Shown: piece by piece, positions 28,586 through 38,348 of the stretch
How the letters are laid out: the number at the start of each line of letters is the position of its first letter
How positions within the stretch are numbered: the first letter of the stretch is position 1
Assembly: GCA_002794035.1 (NCBI GenBank)
Contig: PCXQ01000005.1
Span: 83,669 to 147,668 of the forward strand
Origin: Candidatus Yanofskybacteria bacterium CG10_big_fil_rev_8_21_14_0_10_36_16
GTDB taxonomy: Bacteria > Patescibacteriota > Minisyncoccia > 2-02-FULL-40-12 > IGHO2-01-FULL-4-A
Length of the DNA stretch: 64,000 nucleotides
Direction: 5' to 3'
Position numbers and translations under genes: made by a program
The notes under the pieces: model-generated
What the model was told of the DNA's origin: nothing
What the model saw: the letters and a program-made list of their open reading frames with translations, nothing else
Database searches by the model: none

Positions 28586-29593
28586 TTAGATATTAAATAA
28601 GGGGTTAATAATTCCAAGCCCAGCAAGTCCAGCGAGAAAAGAGAATACACCAAGCCCCACCACCACAACACCTGCAGACTTAAAAAATAGAGGAGCATGT
28701 TTTCCATGTGCGAACGATGCCGACCCGAATGAAAGAAGTGCAAGCACCGGAAGTGTCCCAAGGGCAAATGCGAGCATAATAAGAAGCCCGGACAAGAACG
28801 ATCCGCTGCCAAGTGCGGAAACCTGCATTGACTGCGTGAAACCGCATGGCAAAAAAAATGTAGCAAAGCCGATTATGAGTGGTGTGAAGGTTTTGTGTTC
28901 TATTTTCTTTAAAAAATTAAAAATTCCCGATGGTAATGCAATTTTATTTTTTGTAAATACTCCAATTAAATTTAACCCAAGCAACAACATCACAATAGAA
29001 GCCAAAAGCCCCAGAATTGCCGTAAGAGTGAAGTTGATACCAATGGCACTGCCGACTGCTCCCAGAATCCCTCCCAACACCGAAAAACTAACCAGTCTTC
29101 CTGTATGAAAAAGCACGAACGTTTTTGTATCGCTTACATTATCCTGTGATACCTTGGCCGAAAGAGACAGCACAAGACCACCGACTATGGCAAGACAGCT
29201 TGATACCGAGGCAATAAGCCCGATTATAAAACTTGTCAATGGAGTTGTTTGTCCTCCAATACCGAAATTTAAAATTCCTGATTTTTGCAAAAGAAAGAAT
29301 AAAGCAAAGAATGCAAGTCCGATCGGCACGGCTTTCCAAATTACGCCTTTGTTTTCTTTTTCTGCAATAGACTTTTCTACCGATAATTTATATCCGTTAT
29401 CTTTAATTTTTTCTGTTAGAATTTGAGCCAACGATTCAATGTCTTGATCGCTGTTAGTTTCTATTTCAACAGTCTCTCTTCCTAAGTTAACCTGGACATT
29501 TTTTATAAAACTCTGCTCACTCAGAGTATCTTCAATAAATATTTTGCATGAGGCACAATGAGTGCCGGAAACATGAAATGTATATGTTTTCAT
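28586..29593 (-). CDS. HMA-domain fused to DsbD_2/TauE-like membrane domain (copper-operon accessory membrane protein)
   Basis: N-terminal heavy-metal-associated domain with GTHCASC. C-terminal polytopic domain with LPCGF. Confidence 0.55.
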   Translation of the reverse strand: MKTYTFHVSGTHCASCKIFIEDTLSEQSFIKNVQVNLGRETVEIETNSDQDIESLAQILTEKIKDNGYKLSVEKSIAEKENKGVIWKAVPIGLAFFALFFLLQKSGILNFGIGGQTTPLTSFIIGLIASVSSCLAIVGGLVLSLSAKVSQDNVSDTKTFVLFHTGRLVSFSVLGGILGAVGSAIGINFTLTAILGLLASIVMLLLGLNLIGVFTKNKIALPSGIFNFLKKIEHKTFTPLIIGFATFFLPCGFTQSMQVSALGSGSFLSGLLIMLAFALGTLPVLALLSFGSASFAHGKHAPLFFKSAGVVVVGLGVFSFLAGLAGLGIINPLFNI

Positions 29594-29595
29594 AT

Positions 29596-31890
29596 TTATA
29601 GTTTTTTATTTTTAATTCGTAATGAATTCGACACAACCGACACACTGGACATTGCCATGGCAAAACCAGCAAAAACAGGATTGAGAAGCCACCCAAAGAC
29701 CGGATACAAAACCCCGGCTGCAAGAGGAATTCCGACAATATTATAAATAAATGCCCAAAAAAGATTCTGCTTTATTCCACGCATAGTAATCCTTGATAGC
29801 TTAATTGCCTTAACAAGCTTTGAAATATCACCACCAAGAAGAGTAATGCCTGCAGACTCTATTGCAACATCAGTTCCTGTCCCCATAGCAATTCCTACAT
29901 CCGATTGAGCAAGCGCAGGGGCATCATTTACACCATCACCAGCCATTGCCACCACCCGACCTTGCGACTGAAGACTTTTTATCTTTTCAAGCTTATCTTG
30001 TGGCAATACATGAGCTACAACATCATCTATGCCCACAAGCGATCCTATGTACTTAGCGGCTTTTTCATCATCGCCAGTTAGCATAACCGCTTTAATTCCA
30101 AGAGCATGAAGATTCTTTACTGCTTCGACTGACTCAGGCTTAACCTCATCAGCCACCATGACAAAGCCAAGAACTTTTTCTTTAACAGCAAGAATAACCG
30201 GTGTTTTACCTTGCAGGGTAAACACATCTAGCTTTGTAGAATCAAAAGGAATTTTTAAATCATTTATGAGCGTTGCATTACCAACATAGTATTCCATACC
30301 ATAAATTTTTCCCTTAAGCCCTCTGCCCTGTATGCCTTCAAAATCTGAAACCTCTAATAAACTAATATTATTCTCCTGCGCATAGCTCAGTATCGCATGA
30401 GCAATAGGATGCTCGGATTTCTTTTCAAGCGACGCCAAAATAGATACAAGTTCATCGTCCCTTAAACTTGAGAGGTTTTGAATATCTACTAGTGTTGGTT
30501 TGCCACGGGTTAATGTGCCTGTTTTATCAAGCACAACAGTATTTACTTTATGCAATTTTTCAAGAGTAGCGGCATCTTTGATAAGAATGCCTTCTTTCGC
30601 CCCTTTGCCGACGCCAACAATAATCGCTGTGGGGGTGGCGAGACCCAAAGCACACGGACATGCAATAACCAAAATGCCCACAAACGAAACAAGGCCAAAG
30701 GAAAGAGCTTGGGGGAATCCCAGATATTGCGATCCTATAACAATCCAAGCACCAAAAGAAAGAAAAGCAATCACCATAACAATAGGTACAAAAATTGATG
30801 AGATTTTGTCTGCGAGAGCCTGTATTGGAGCTTTACTCCCCTGAGCATCCTCAACCATCTTGATAATCTGAGCCAGCAAGGTTTCTGATCCGACTTTCAT
30901 TGCTTTAAACGTTAATGAACCGCTGGTATTAATTGTTCCCGACACAACACTATCCCCGTTTTTTTTCTGTACTGGCATAGGTTCTCCAGTAACCATAGAT
31001 TCATCAACAAAAGAAATACCGTCAGTTACCACGCCATCCACAGGAATCTTTGCTCCTGGCTTTACTATAATAAGATCGCCATGCTTAACATCGTTGACTG
31101 GTATTTCTATTTCTTTACCATAACGAATGACGAGTGCTGTCTTGGCTTGCAAATTAAGTAATTTTTCTATGGCATCACCCGTCTTTATTTTTGATCGAGC
31201 TTCTAAATATTTACCGAGTGCGATAAACGTAATAACTACAATTGTCACATCGTAATATTGATAATCAACATTTATAAAAGGTCGGAGTGTTTCCTCAAAA
31301 GCAGTAACTGCAAAGCTGTATAGAAATGCCGCGACAGTTCCAATACCGATCAATGTATCCATATTCGCCTTGCCATAGCGAAGAAACCTATAAAAACCGA
31401 GAAGGTATGGCTTACCAACAACAAAGAGTATGTAAGTCGCCATCACAGGCAGGAGGTGGTGAAAAAACTCTTTCACTACATAATTCATTTCCGACACAAA
31501 TCCATACTGAACAAGAATATCCCAGCCCATAACAAAGGCAGCAAAAATAGCAATGGGAATAGCTGAGAACACCTTATTTTTAATGTCAGCAACCTCGGCA
31601 AGCTTATCTTTTTTTGATTGATTAAATCCCAGATGTTCCGAATGTTCGCTCTTAGACATTCCCATTTCCTCAGCAGTAGAAGGAATCTCTAGGGAATAGC
31701 CAAGCGGTTCAATGTGCTTGGAAAGATCATGAGGATTCGTCTTTAGGGGATCAAAAAAAATCTTGGCTTTTTCTGTACCATAATTAACTTCCACAGACTG
31801 AACCCCGTTGACCTTATTAAAAATCTTCTCAATGACTGAGGAACATGATGCGCAATGCATTCCTTTTACCTTGTAAGTTTCAGTGTGCAT
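29596..31890 (-). CDS. copA: Copper-translocating P1B-1-type ATPase CopA
   Basis: N-terminal HMA GMHCASC. CPC motif ([12 protein letters not shown]). [21 protein letters not shown]. Confidence 0.9.
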   Translation of the reverse strand: MHTETYKVKGMHCASCSSVIEKIFNKVNGVQSVEVNYGTEKAKIFFDPLKTNPHDLSKHIEPLGYSLEIPSTAEEMGMSKSEHSEHLGFNQSKKDKLAEVADIKNKVFSAIPIAIFAAFVMGWDILVQYGFVSEMNYVVKEFFHHLLPVMATYILFVVGKPYLLGFYRFLRYGKANMDTLIGIGTVAAFLYSFAVTAFEETLRPFINVDYQYYDVTIVVITFIALGKYLEARSKIKTGDAIEKLLNLQAKTALVIRYGKEIEIPVNDVKHGDLIIVKPGAKIPVDGVVTDGISFVDESMVTGEPMPVQKKNGDSVVSGTINTSGSLTFKAMKVGSETLLAQIIKMVEDAQGSKAPIQALADKISSIFVPIVMVIAFLSFGAWIVIGSQYLGFPQALSFGLVSFVGILVIACPCALGLATPTAIIVGVGKGAKEGILIKDAATLEKLHKVNTVVLDKTGTLTRGKPTLVDIQNLSSLRDDELVSILASLEKKSEHPIAHAILSYAQENNISLLEVSDFEGIQGRGLKGKIYGMEYYVGNATLINDLKIPFDSTKLDVFTLQGKTPVILAVKEKVLGFVMVADEVKPESVEAVKNLHALGIKAVMLTGDDEKAAKYIGSLVGIDDVVAHVLPQDKLEKIKSLQSQGRVVAMAGDGVNDAPALAQSDVGIAMGTGTDVAIESAGITLLGGDISKLVKAIKLSRITMRGIKQNLFWAFIYNIVGIPLAAGVLYPVFGWLLNPVFAGFAMAMSSVSVVSNSLRIKNKKL

Positions 31891-31891
31891 A

Positions 31892-32167
31892 TTATTTTCT
31901 CTTGAGTTTATACACCTTGATAATCTCTTTTTTTGCCTTAATCTCTTGTCCAGATTTTATCTGGTGACTAACGCAGTGATCTAGATGATTCTCAAGAAGT
32001 AAGTCCTCAACACTTGATAATCCCTGCTTCACGGCTGATGTTTGAGTGATTACATCGATACAATATATATCATTTTCGACCATTTTTTGAAGTCCACGCA
32101 ATTGTCCCTCAAGAAGCTTAAGTCGACGAATGACCTTAAGCTTGTTTTTGTCATTCATGTATTTCAT
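31892..32167 (-). CDS. csoR: CsoR-family metal-sensing (copper) transcriptional repressor
   Basis: Conserved [28 protein letters not shown]...HLDHCV (DUF156; C-H-C ligands). The track start at 32173 overlaps a -10 box. MKYMND at 32167 or MNDKNK at 32158 are more likely starts. Confidence 0.8.
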   Translation of the reverse strand: MKYMNDKNKLKVIRRLKLLEGQLRGLQKMVENDIYCIDVITQTSAVKQGLSSVEDLLLENHLDHCVSHQIKSGQEIKAKKEIIKVYKLKRK

Positions 32168-32179
32168 ATACAAGTATTA

Positions 32180-32198
32180 TATACCCCCAGGGGGTATA
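32180..32198. promoter_or_regulatory. CsoR-type operator: perfect 19-bp palindrome TATACCCCCAGGGGGTATA overlapping an extended -10 (TATATAAT on the coding strand)
   Basis: Read directly. Matches the established CsoR operator architecture (TACCC-N-GGGTA-like GC-tract palindrome), immediately 5' of csoR. Confidence 0.7.
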
Positions 32199-32500
32199 GT
32201 CAAGAATTGAATACAAACTGCCTGTGGAATAGTTTTTAAACTTTTCAACCTATAGACAAAGCACTGAGTGGCACTGTTTCTCCTTGGTAAAATCCCGGTG
32301 TAATTATTTAAGCTCCCGCACATGGCTGCGGGACACTTCGGCCTCCCTTCGGTTGCACTCAGCATAAACTATTCAGCAGAAGCCATGACTCCCCGCCCAG
32401 ACGAGGCAAACTTCCCTAGGATACCATAAACCAAAACCTGACAGCGTACCTACTGCCGAAGCTAAAAACACAAGAATAGAAATAAGAATTATCTCAACAC

Positions 32501-32665
32501 TCATTTTTTATTTTCTTCTGCGTGAACAGTTATTTCCAAATTACAGCTATTGTGTTCTTTACACCACACTTCGCATTTCTCTGCCAGCTCTTTGTCTTCA
32601 TAATGAAAACCGCATGCCTCGCACTGGTATAATTGTTTGTCATCTTCAATTAGAGTTTTGACCAT
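32501..32665 (-). CDS. 54-aa Cys-rich zinc-ribbon-like protein (CEAC...CEVWC)
   Basis: Not in the ORF track because it is under 60 aa. ATG at 32665 preceded by GGAG. MVKTLIEDDKQLYQCEACGFHYEDKELAEKCEVWCKEHNSCNLEITVHAEENKK. Confidence 0.35.
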   Translation of the reverse strand: MVKTLIEDDKQLYQCEACGFHYEDKELAEKCEVWCKEHNSCNLEITVHAEENKK

Positions 32666-32880
32666 AACTCCATTTTACCACAAAACCGCCAATTGGTGGT
32701 TTTTTGAGCTATATAAAATATAAGTATAGTAGATAGTAATGCAAGGCTATTCCGAAGCCTTGGCGAAGTGCTGGCTGTTTAGGACAAAGTTGAAACTGCT
32801 TTAAGAGCAATAACCAGTCCTTCGCCGTTTGCGTTTGTTAAGAATTGAAAATATTTACTAGCAGAGTATTCTGATTAGCT

Positions 32881-33861
32881 TTAAAGCAACGATTCTTCAT
32901 CTTTAGATTTTGTGTTTTCTCCTAATTCTCTAAAACTTCCTTTGCCATATGTTTTTTCAATTAACTTTGCTATTGGCAACAATCTACCAGTAAAATAAGC
33001 CTTAGTAAATAAATTAAATACTTCTCCTAAACTATTGAATTCGTCTGGATTATTCTCAAATATATCTCTTATCAAGTCTCTTAGCTTATTTACTTCTTCA
33101 TTATATACATTCACCATATATCTATATCTGCCATCACTAATTTTCTCAATCCATGTAGAGTCATCAATTGCTGATTTTTCATTATCGAGTACATTAAGGT
33201 CTGATTTAAATTCCTTAACCAGTCTCTGTCTCTCTTTCTCTAGTTTTGCTGTAAGAGATATTTTATCAAAATATCTCTTCTTAAATTCTAATTCCAATTC
33301 AACTGTTAAAGCCTCGTTGATATCATTAAAATAATATGCCCTACCTTTTGTTTTCTTAACTGCAAACCCTAGTCGCCTGTCACCAATTGTAAGTTTTTTA
33401 TCTTCTTTTTTAAGAATAGAAAGAGAGTTAAAAGCCATAAAATGAATAAGTTCGTGTACTAATGTAGATGCAAATTTAAGCTTGTGGGTTTTCTCTTCAT
33501 GAATTATATAAATACTTTGATCGTCAGGAGAAAATTTGCCTTCAAATCCTGTAAAATCAGGTCTTTTAGATAGAAATTCTGATTTCGTTTCCGTGTCTAT
33601 ATCTTCCCAAGTAAAAAAGTGCATGTTGTCTGCCGATACTTCAATATATTGACCCCCGTATTGATTAATAAATTCTCTCAACCGCTCATTTATTTCACGG
33701 ATCAATTCTAACTCTTCTGTAGTCTTTTCTCTTTCGTTCTTCAATCTTACTTGGTTAAGAAAATTAAATTCTTGATGGTTGATAATCCTTTCTTGGTCAC
33801 TAATATTACCGCCTACAACCTCGACGGTAGCTGATTTTCTTTCTGGTTTAAATTTTTCCAT
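32881..33861 (-). CDS. Hypothetical protein with HExxH motif (LVHELIHFM), possible zinc metallopeptidase-like
   Basis: 326 aa, soluble, coiled-coil-rich C-terminal half. HELIH is the only recognisable motif. Confidence 0.35.
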   Translation of the reverse strand: MEKFKPERKSATVEVVGGNISDQERIINHQEFNFLNQVRLKNEREKTTEELELIREINERLREFINQYGGQYIEVSADNMHFFTWEDIDTETKSEFLSKRPDFTGFEGKFSPDDQSIYIIHEEKTHKLKFASTLVHELIHFMAFNSLSILKKEDKKLTIGDRRLGFAVKKTKGRAYYFNDINEALTVELELEFKKRYFDKISLTAKLEKERQRLVKEFKSDLNVLDNEKSAIDDSTWIEKISDGRYRYMVNVYNEEVNKLRDLIRDIFENNPDEFNSLGEVFNLFTKAYFTGRLLPIAKLIEKTYGKGSFRELGENTKSKDEESLL

Positions 33862-34026
33862 AAAATAGATTATTAAGTTCTAACATCCAAGCCCTCTACA
33901 TATTGCCTGCGTAAAATAATAAGTAATCACTCTCAGCGAATACGCTGGGTGATTTTGCTTCTATTATTTCATTATGCACCATCGAAATTTGCTAACTTCG
34001 ACGTGATTTTTACGCTTAAAAATCAG

Positions 34027-34097
34027 CTGCCGGGCTAGGACTCGAACCTAGACTACATGGACCAGAACCATGCGTCCTACCATTAGACGACCCGGCA
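34027..34097 (-). tRNA. tRNA-Gln (anticodon CUG)
   Basis: Hand-folded cloverleaf with a 7-bp acceptor stem (TGCCGGG/CCCGGCA), D loop AATGGTA, anticodon stem CATGG/CCATG with loop TTCTGGT, T arm CTAGG-TTCGAGT-CCTAG. CCA not encoded. Confidence 0.75.
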
Positions 34098-34240
34098 AAG
34101 AATACTATTAAATCAATATTGTCGGGAAGTCCTGAAAGCAAATGGTGCTGAGGGGCGACCCGGCAATATGATTATTTTGCCATAAAATTTGCCATTTTTC
34201 AATAATTATTAAAAAACATTATTTTTTATTTTAAAAATAA

Positions 34241-34269
34241 TTGACTTCAAAACTAATACATATTATAAT
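34241..34269 (+). promoter_or_regulatory. Consensus sigma70 promoter (TTGACT-17-TATAAT) for typA
   Basis: Read directly. Confidence 0.5.
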
Positions 34270-34305
34270 AATTATACATTTTTGGCCAGAGATGGCCTAT
34301 TTTTT

Positions 34306-36105
34306 ATGGAAATTAGAAACATAGCTATTATCGCCCATGTAGATCATGGCAAAACAACATTAACTGATGCTCTTATGCGCCAAACCGGCGCAATAACAGA
34401 AGAAGTTTCAATGGACTCAAACACGCTTGAAAAAGAGCGTGGTATTACAATATATGCAAAAAATGCTTCTGTCTCATACAAAGGAACTAAAATTAATATC
34501 GTGGACACACCCGGCCATGCCGATTTCGGCTCAGAAGTAGAACGTGTTTTGCGTTCTATAGATTCGGTACTGTTAGTGGTAGATGCTCAAGAAGGACCCA
34601 TGCCTCAAACTCGTTTTGTCCTAAAAAAATCACTGGAACTTGGCTTGAAACCTATAGTTATAATAAACAAAATAGACAAACCCGCAGCTAATCCACCCCA
34701 ATGTGAAGAACAAGTTTTCAATTTGTTTATTGAGCTTGGAGCTACAGATGAACAAACTGATTTTCCAGTAGTCTACACCATAGGCAGAGCTGGGATTGCA
34801 AAATTAAAAATGGAAGAAGAATCTAATGACCTAACCCCGCTTCTTGATGTGATTCTTGCTAAAGTTCCTTGCGCATCTTCTTCAGAACTATCCTCAAAAG
34901 CACTTATGTTCCAACCTTTTAATCTTGGCTATGATAACTTCCTGGGAAGACTTGCAGTAGGCAGGATACATGAAGGAATAATTAAACAAGGCCAAGATGT
35001 CACAATAAAAAAACCAACTGGCGAATCCAGAACAGGAAAAATTAAAAAAATATTCAGTTTTAAAGGACTTGAAAAAACAGAAACAAATCAGGCCGAAGCC
35101 GGCGACATTGTTATGATAGCTGGATTGCCCGATATATACATAGGAGAAACAGTTACCAGCAACCCCGATGCTAAACCCTTGCCCGCTATTGCTGTAGATG
35201 AGCCCACCATCTCTCTTAATTTTCTTGTCAACGACTCCCCTTTTGCTGGCAGAGAAGGAAAATTTGTTACATCTCGCCAAATCCGTGAGTATCTTGAGCG
35301 TGAGCTTGAAATCAACGTAGGTCTCCAAATAGATTTCTCTTCACCAGATAAATTTGCGGTAAAAGGCAGAGGAGAGCTTCATATAGCCATTCTACTTGAG
35401 AACATGCGCCGTTCCGGATACGAAATACAAGTTTCCCAGCCTCAAGTAATTATTCGTGAAGAAAATTCCGTCAAAGTTGAACCATTTGAAGAAGTCATAA
35501 TTGATGCTCCTTCAGAATTCCAGGGTGTTATTATAGAAAAATTAGGTATGCGAGGCTTTATTATAAGCAACATAGAAAACAAAGATTCATCTGTCAGGTT
35601 ATCTCTTGAAGGACCAACACGAGGTATTTTGGGCTACAAAAATCAATTTATCATTGATACAAAAGGCGAAGGAATAATGTCATCAAGAGTTATAGGGTTC
35701 AAATCATTCACCAAAGAAATAAAGAAAAGAACCGTCGGTTCTATGGTTTCCATGATAACAGGAAAAGCTTTGGGTTTCGCTCTTTGGAATCTTCAAGAAA
35801 GAGGAAGTTTATACATAGGTCCCGGAACAGAAGTTTATGAAGGCATGGTTATAGGCAATACCTCAAAGGGAGAAGAACTCTATGTAAACCCAGCAAAAGG
35901 CAAACAGTTAACTAATATGAGAGCTTCGGGTGCTGATGATGCAATAGACTTAACTCCTCCTATAATATTAACCATTGAAAGCGGTCTTGAAATAATGGCT
36001 GAAGATGAATACTTAGAAATAACTCCACAAAATACAAGACTTAGAAAACAGTATTTAACAGAAAATGACAGGACCAAAGCAAAAAGAGGTGCAAATAAAA
36101 TTTAA
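34306..36105 (+). CDS. typA: Translational GTPase TypA/BipA
   Basis: AIIAHVDHGKTTL, DTPGHADF, NKID. EF-G-like domains. Track start is 34282. MEIRNIAII at 34306 is more likely. Confidence 0.9.
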   Translation: MEIRNIAIIAHVDHGKTTLTDALMRQTGAITEEVSMDSNTLEKERGITIYAKNASVSYKGTKINIVDTPGHADFGSEVERVLRSIDSVLLVVDAQEGPMPQTRFVLKKSLELGLKPIVIINKIDKPAANPPQCEEQVFNLFIELGATDEQTDFPVVYTIGRAGIAKLKMEEESNDLTPLLDVILAKVPCASSSELSSKALMFQPFNLGYDNFLGRLAVGRIHEGIIKQGQDVTIKKPTGESRTGKIKKIFSFKGLEKTETNQAEAGDIVMIAGLPDIYIGETVTSNPDAKPLPAIAVDEPTISLNFLVNDSPFAGREGKFVTSRQIREYLERELEINVGLQIDFSSPDKFAVKGRGELHIAILLENMRRSGYEIQVSQPQVIIREENSVKVEPFEEVIIDAPSEFQGVIIEKLGMRGFIISNIENKDSSVRLSLEGPTRGILGYKNQFIIDTKGEGIMSSRVIGFKSFTKEIKKRTVGSMVSMITGKALGFALWNLQERGSLYIGPGTEVYEGMVIGNTSKGEELYVNPAKGKQLTNMRASGADDAIDLTPPIILTIESGLEIMAEDEYLEITPQNTRLRKQYLTENDRTKAKRGANKI

Positions 36106-36120
36106 ATATAAACAAAAAAC

Positions 36121-36143
36121 GGAGAGCAAATATTTGCTCTCCG
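36121..36143 (+). terminator. Hairpin after typA (GGAGAGCAAATATTTGCTCTCC)
   Basis: Perfect 9-bp stem. Weak T-tract. Confidence 0.4.
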
Positions 36144-36171
36144 TATATGTTTGGCGTAGCGATGGCAATCT

Positions 36172-36369
36172 TTACGCCTTAAAATGACCATGGGTTGTGC
36201 ACTCGGCATCCTTACCCAATAAACGAGAACGCTTTGCACGCAGATTGTGTCCACACTCTGGACACACAGGGTACATACGACCATCAAATGCAAAAGAAAC
36301 TACAAGCATAAAAAAGGCACAAATGGCCAAAAACAACCAAGCAACTAGCGCCATTTCTAATATTGTCAT
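36172..36369 (-). CDS. Small membrane-anchored zinc-ribbon protein (TM + CPECGHNL...AECTTHGHF)
   Basis: One N-terminal TM helix, then CxxC ... C..H. A tandem paralog of the next gene. Confidence 0.4.
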   Translation of the reverse strand: MTILEMALVAWLFLAICAFFMLVVSFAFDGRMYPVCPECGHNLRAKRSRLLGKDAECTTHGHFKA

Positions 36370-36429
36370 AGCGCACCTCCATTGTTATTTTTTTATTATA
36401 ACACGATAAATATAAAATAGCAACCAGTG

Positions 36430-36675
36430 CTAATCCTGCGCATACTCAAACCCTTTTTCTAAATGAAACTTGCCGTGGCTACTGCACTCAGCCCATTTTC
36501 CATAAAAACTAAAGCGTCTTGATTTTAAATTACTCTCACATTTTGGACATGTTGGTGGCACACACAGACTTCCGCCAGAAGTAAGTATTAATATACCCAC
36601 GACTAAAACAAAGCATACAAAAGCAAGAAAAAAAACTATTAACACTGATGCCATGACGCACCTCCCGCAATTCAC
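36430..36675 (-). CDS. Small membrane-anchored zinc-ribbon protein, paralog (TM + CPKCESNL...AECSSHGKF)
   Basis: Same architecture and motif spacing as 36172..36369. Confidence 0.4.
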   Translation of the reverse strand: MNCGRCVMASVLIVFFLAFVCFVLVVGILILTSGGSLCVPPTCPKCESNLKSRRFSFYGKWAECSSHGKFHLEKGFEYAQD

Positions 36676-36785
36676 CTAAAGTTATATCATGATGCATATA
36701 ATGAAACAAATTATAATACTCCAAAAACCAAGGGGCAAAATAAAAAAAGAGCGCCATTTTGCGCTCCAAACATAATGCATTAAAA

Positions 36786-37455
36786 TCAATCTTGTCCTTT
36801 TTGAATAGCAAATACACCTCTCAAAACATTTTCGCCTACTGTTTCTTTGCTTCTTTTAAGCATTACCTCCTGATAGCCAACATGATCACCACGGTTATCT
36901 ACCACTTCAATCAAGCGTGTGTAATAAGGAGTATCAAAACAATCGCCATTCTTAATAATTTGCACTGCCTCATAAGCCGAATTAACCCTACGCTTATATT
37001 CATCTTTAACATCCTCAAACACCCCGCATGCTTCACGAGCTCTACCAGCCAGAACATGGGCAACGCAATTCAAGGCCGAAACAGTTCTTGCATATATCCA
37101 ATATCGAAACTCCTCGTTCCAATCGCCTATCTCGACTTTTTTCCTAGGCACAAGTTGGATAAACTGAGTTACGGCATAATTTAATTCGCCCAAATATGCT
37201 CCATCATATTTATGTCTTAGAGATACTTCAAAAATTGCTTTAGCCAACCTAAACACAGCACCGTGATGTTCAGGACTCTCTGGCAAATAAAGACCCTTAA
37301 CAAGACCTTCCAATTCTTCGTCTAACTGAACAAGGGTTTTAACATAAACCTCAAACAAATCAGAGTTAACCTTAATATCCTGAACAGCATTCCTAACAAC
37401 AGGGCCTAAGGCCTTAAAAATTGGAGCTCTATCGGGTTGCTCTACATACGGCATT
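36786..37455 (-). CDS. Hypothetical soluble protein (about 223 aa)
   Basis: Track start is 37520. An AGGGAGGA RBS directly precedes ATGATAATG, so MPYVEQPDRAPIF at 37455 is the likely start. No family recognised. Local GC is higher than the surroundings. Confidence 0.4.
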
Positions 37456-37585
37456 ATCATTCCTCCCTTAAGTTTTAAATAACTAGGATTATCATAACAA
37501 AAATAAACTAAAAAGCACAATAGACAATAAAAATACCTGACTCTGCAAAAGAATCAGGCATTTTATGCTTTTTGTCTATTTGTTT

Positions 37586-38254
37586 TTAATTTGTTGTGGG
37601 AGTTGGTGTTTCACTTGGTTCCGGTGTTTCGGTTGGTTCCGGTGTTTCGGTTGGTTCAGTAGTTGGCAAAGGTTCGGGTATTTCAAGTAGGTTTGGTGCA
37701 CCAAGTCGGAAAGCAGCGTTAAATAACCCATGTTCCGCTCTTTCTCTGGCTCGTTCATTTAAGTGCAGGTATGCTTCATAAATGGCCTGTCTTGCACGAT
37801 CCGAAGGCACAGTTGTTTCATTAACTGAATGATCCGGCAATGTCTCAACCCATGCAAGCAATGTACCGAGAGCCGAATTTATTAAATTAAGATATCTTTC
37901 TTTTTGCTCTGCAGTTAGATCACCGGGCGCACGGACAGCTTCCTCATATGATTTTACCGCTTTAAATAATGCAGAGTAGTAACGTAATTCTTCAGACTTC
38001 TTAAAGTCACGCAACACCTCGCTCAACATACGACCCCTGTGGAAAGATCTGCCTTCAGAATCTACTGAACGATGGAAAACTGAATCATACAAATCTTCCA
38101 AAAGATCATCGTCCACGACTGTGTCCGAATCCTCATGCGCGTAACTATTGTTTGAACGAGACAACAAAAAACCACCTAAAAAACCAGCAACAACTGCAAT
38201 AGACAAAACTATTGCCAAAAATTTCTTGGTAATAACTCCTTTCATATAATACAT
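37586..38254 (-). CDS. Membrane-anchored hypothetical protein with C-terminal TEPTETPEPTETPEP repeat
   Basis: N-terminal TM, helical domain, Thr/Glu/Pro-rich low-complexity tail. DNA repeat GGTTCCGGTGTTTCGGTTGG. Confidence 0.4.
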   Translation of the reverse strand: MYYMKGVITKKFLAIVLSIAVVAGFLGGFLLSRSNNSYAHEDSDTVVDDDLLEDLYDSVFHRSVDSEGRSFHRGRMLSEVLRDFKKSEELRYYSALFKAVKSYEEAVRAPGDLTAEQKERYLNLINSALGTLLAWVETLPDHSVNETTVPSDRARQAIYEAYLHLNERARERAEHGLFNAAFRLGAPNLLEIPEPLPTTEPTETPEPTETPEPSETPTPTTN

Positions 38255-38348
38255 TCAGCAATTAATAATTTAAATGCCGTGTTATTTTTTTAAATTTGCC
38301 TGCCCCGAATCGACTAAACCAAGAACAGACTAAATGCTAATTTTTAAA

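Noticed and set aside
28576-28866. 96-aa ORF overlapping the 3' end of the HMA-DsbD_2 gene
   Set aside because: It is an alternate frame of a membrane-protein gene and has no independent support.
32380-32511. 44-aa hydrophobic ORF (MSVEIILISILVFLASAVGTLSGFGLWYPREVCLVWAGSHGFC) next to the small Cys4 gene
   Set aside because: It lies within the GC-rich region that looks like structured noncoding RNA and has no convincing RBS. It was left unannotated.
34100-34180. Imperfect 11-bp inverted repeat (AATATTGTCGGG ... CCCGGCAATAT) beside tRNA-Gln, considered as a second tRNA-like element
   Set aside because: No cloverleaf can be drawn. It is probably a processing or terminator hairpin for the tRNA transcript.
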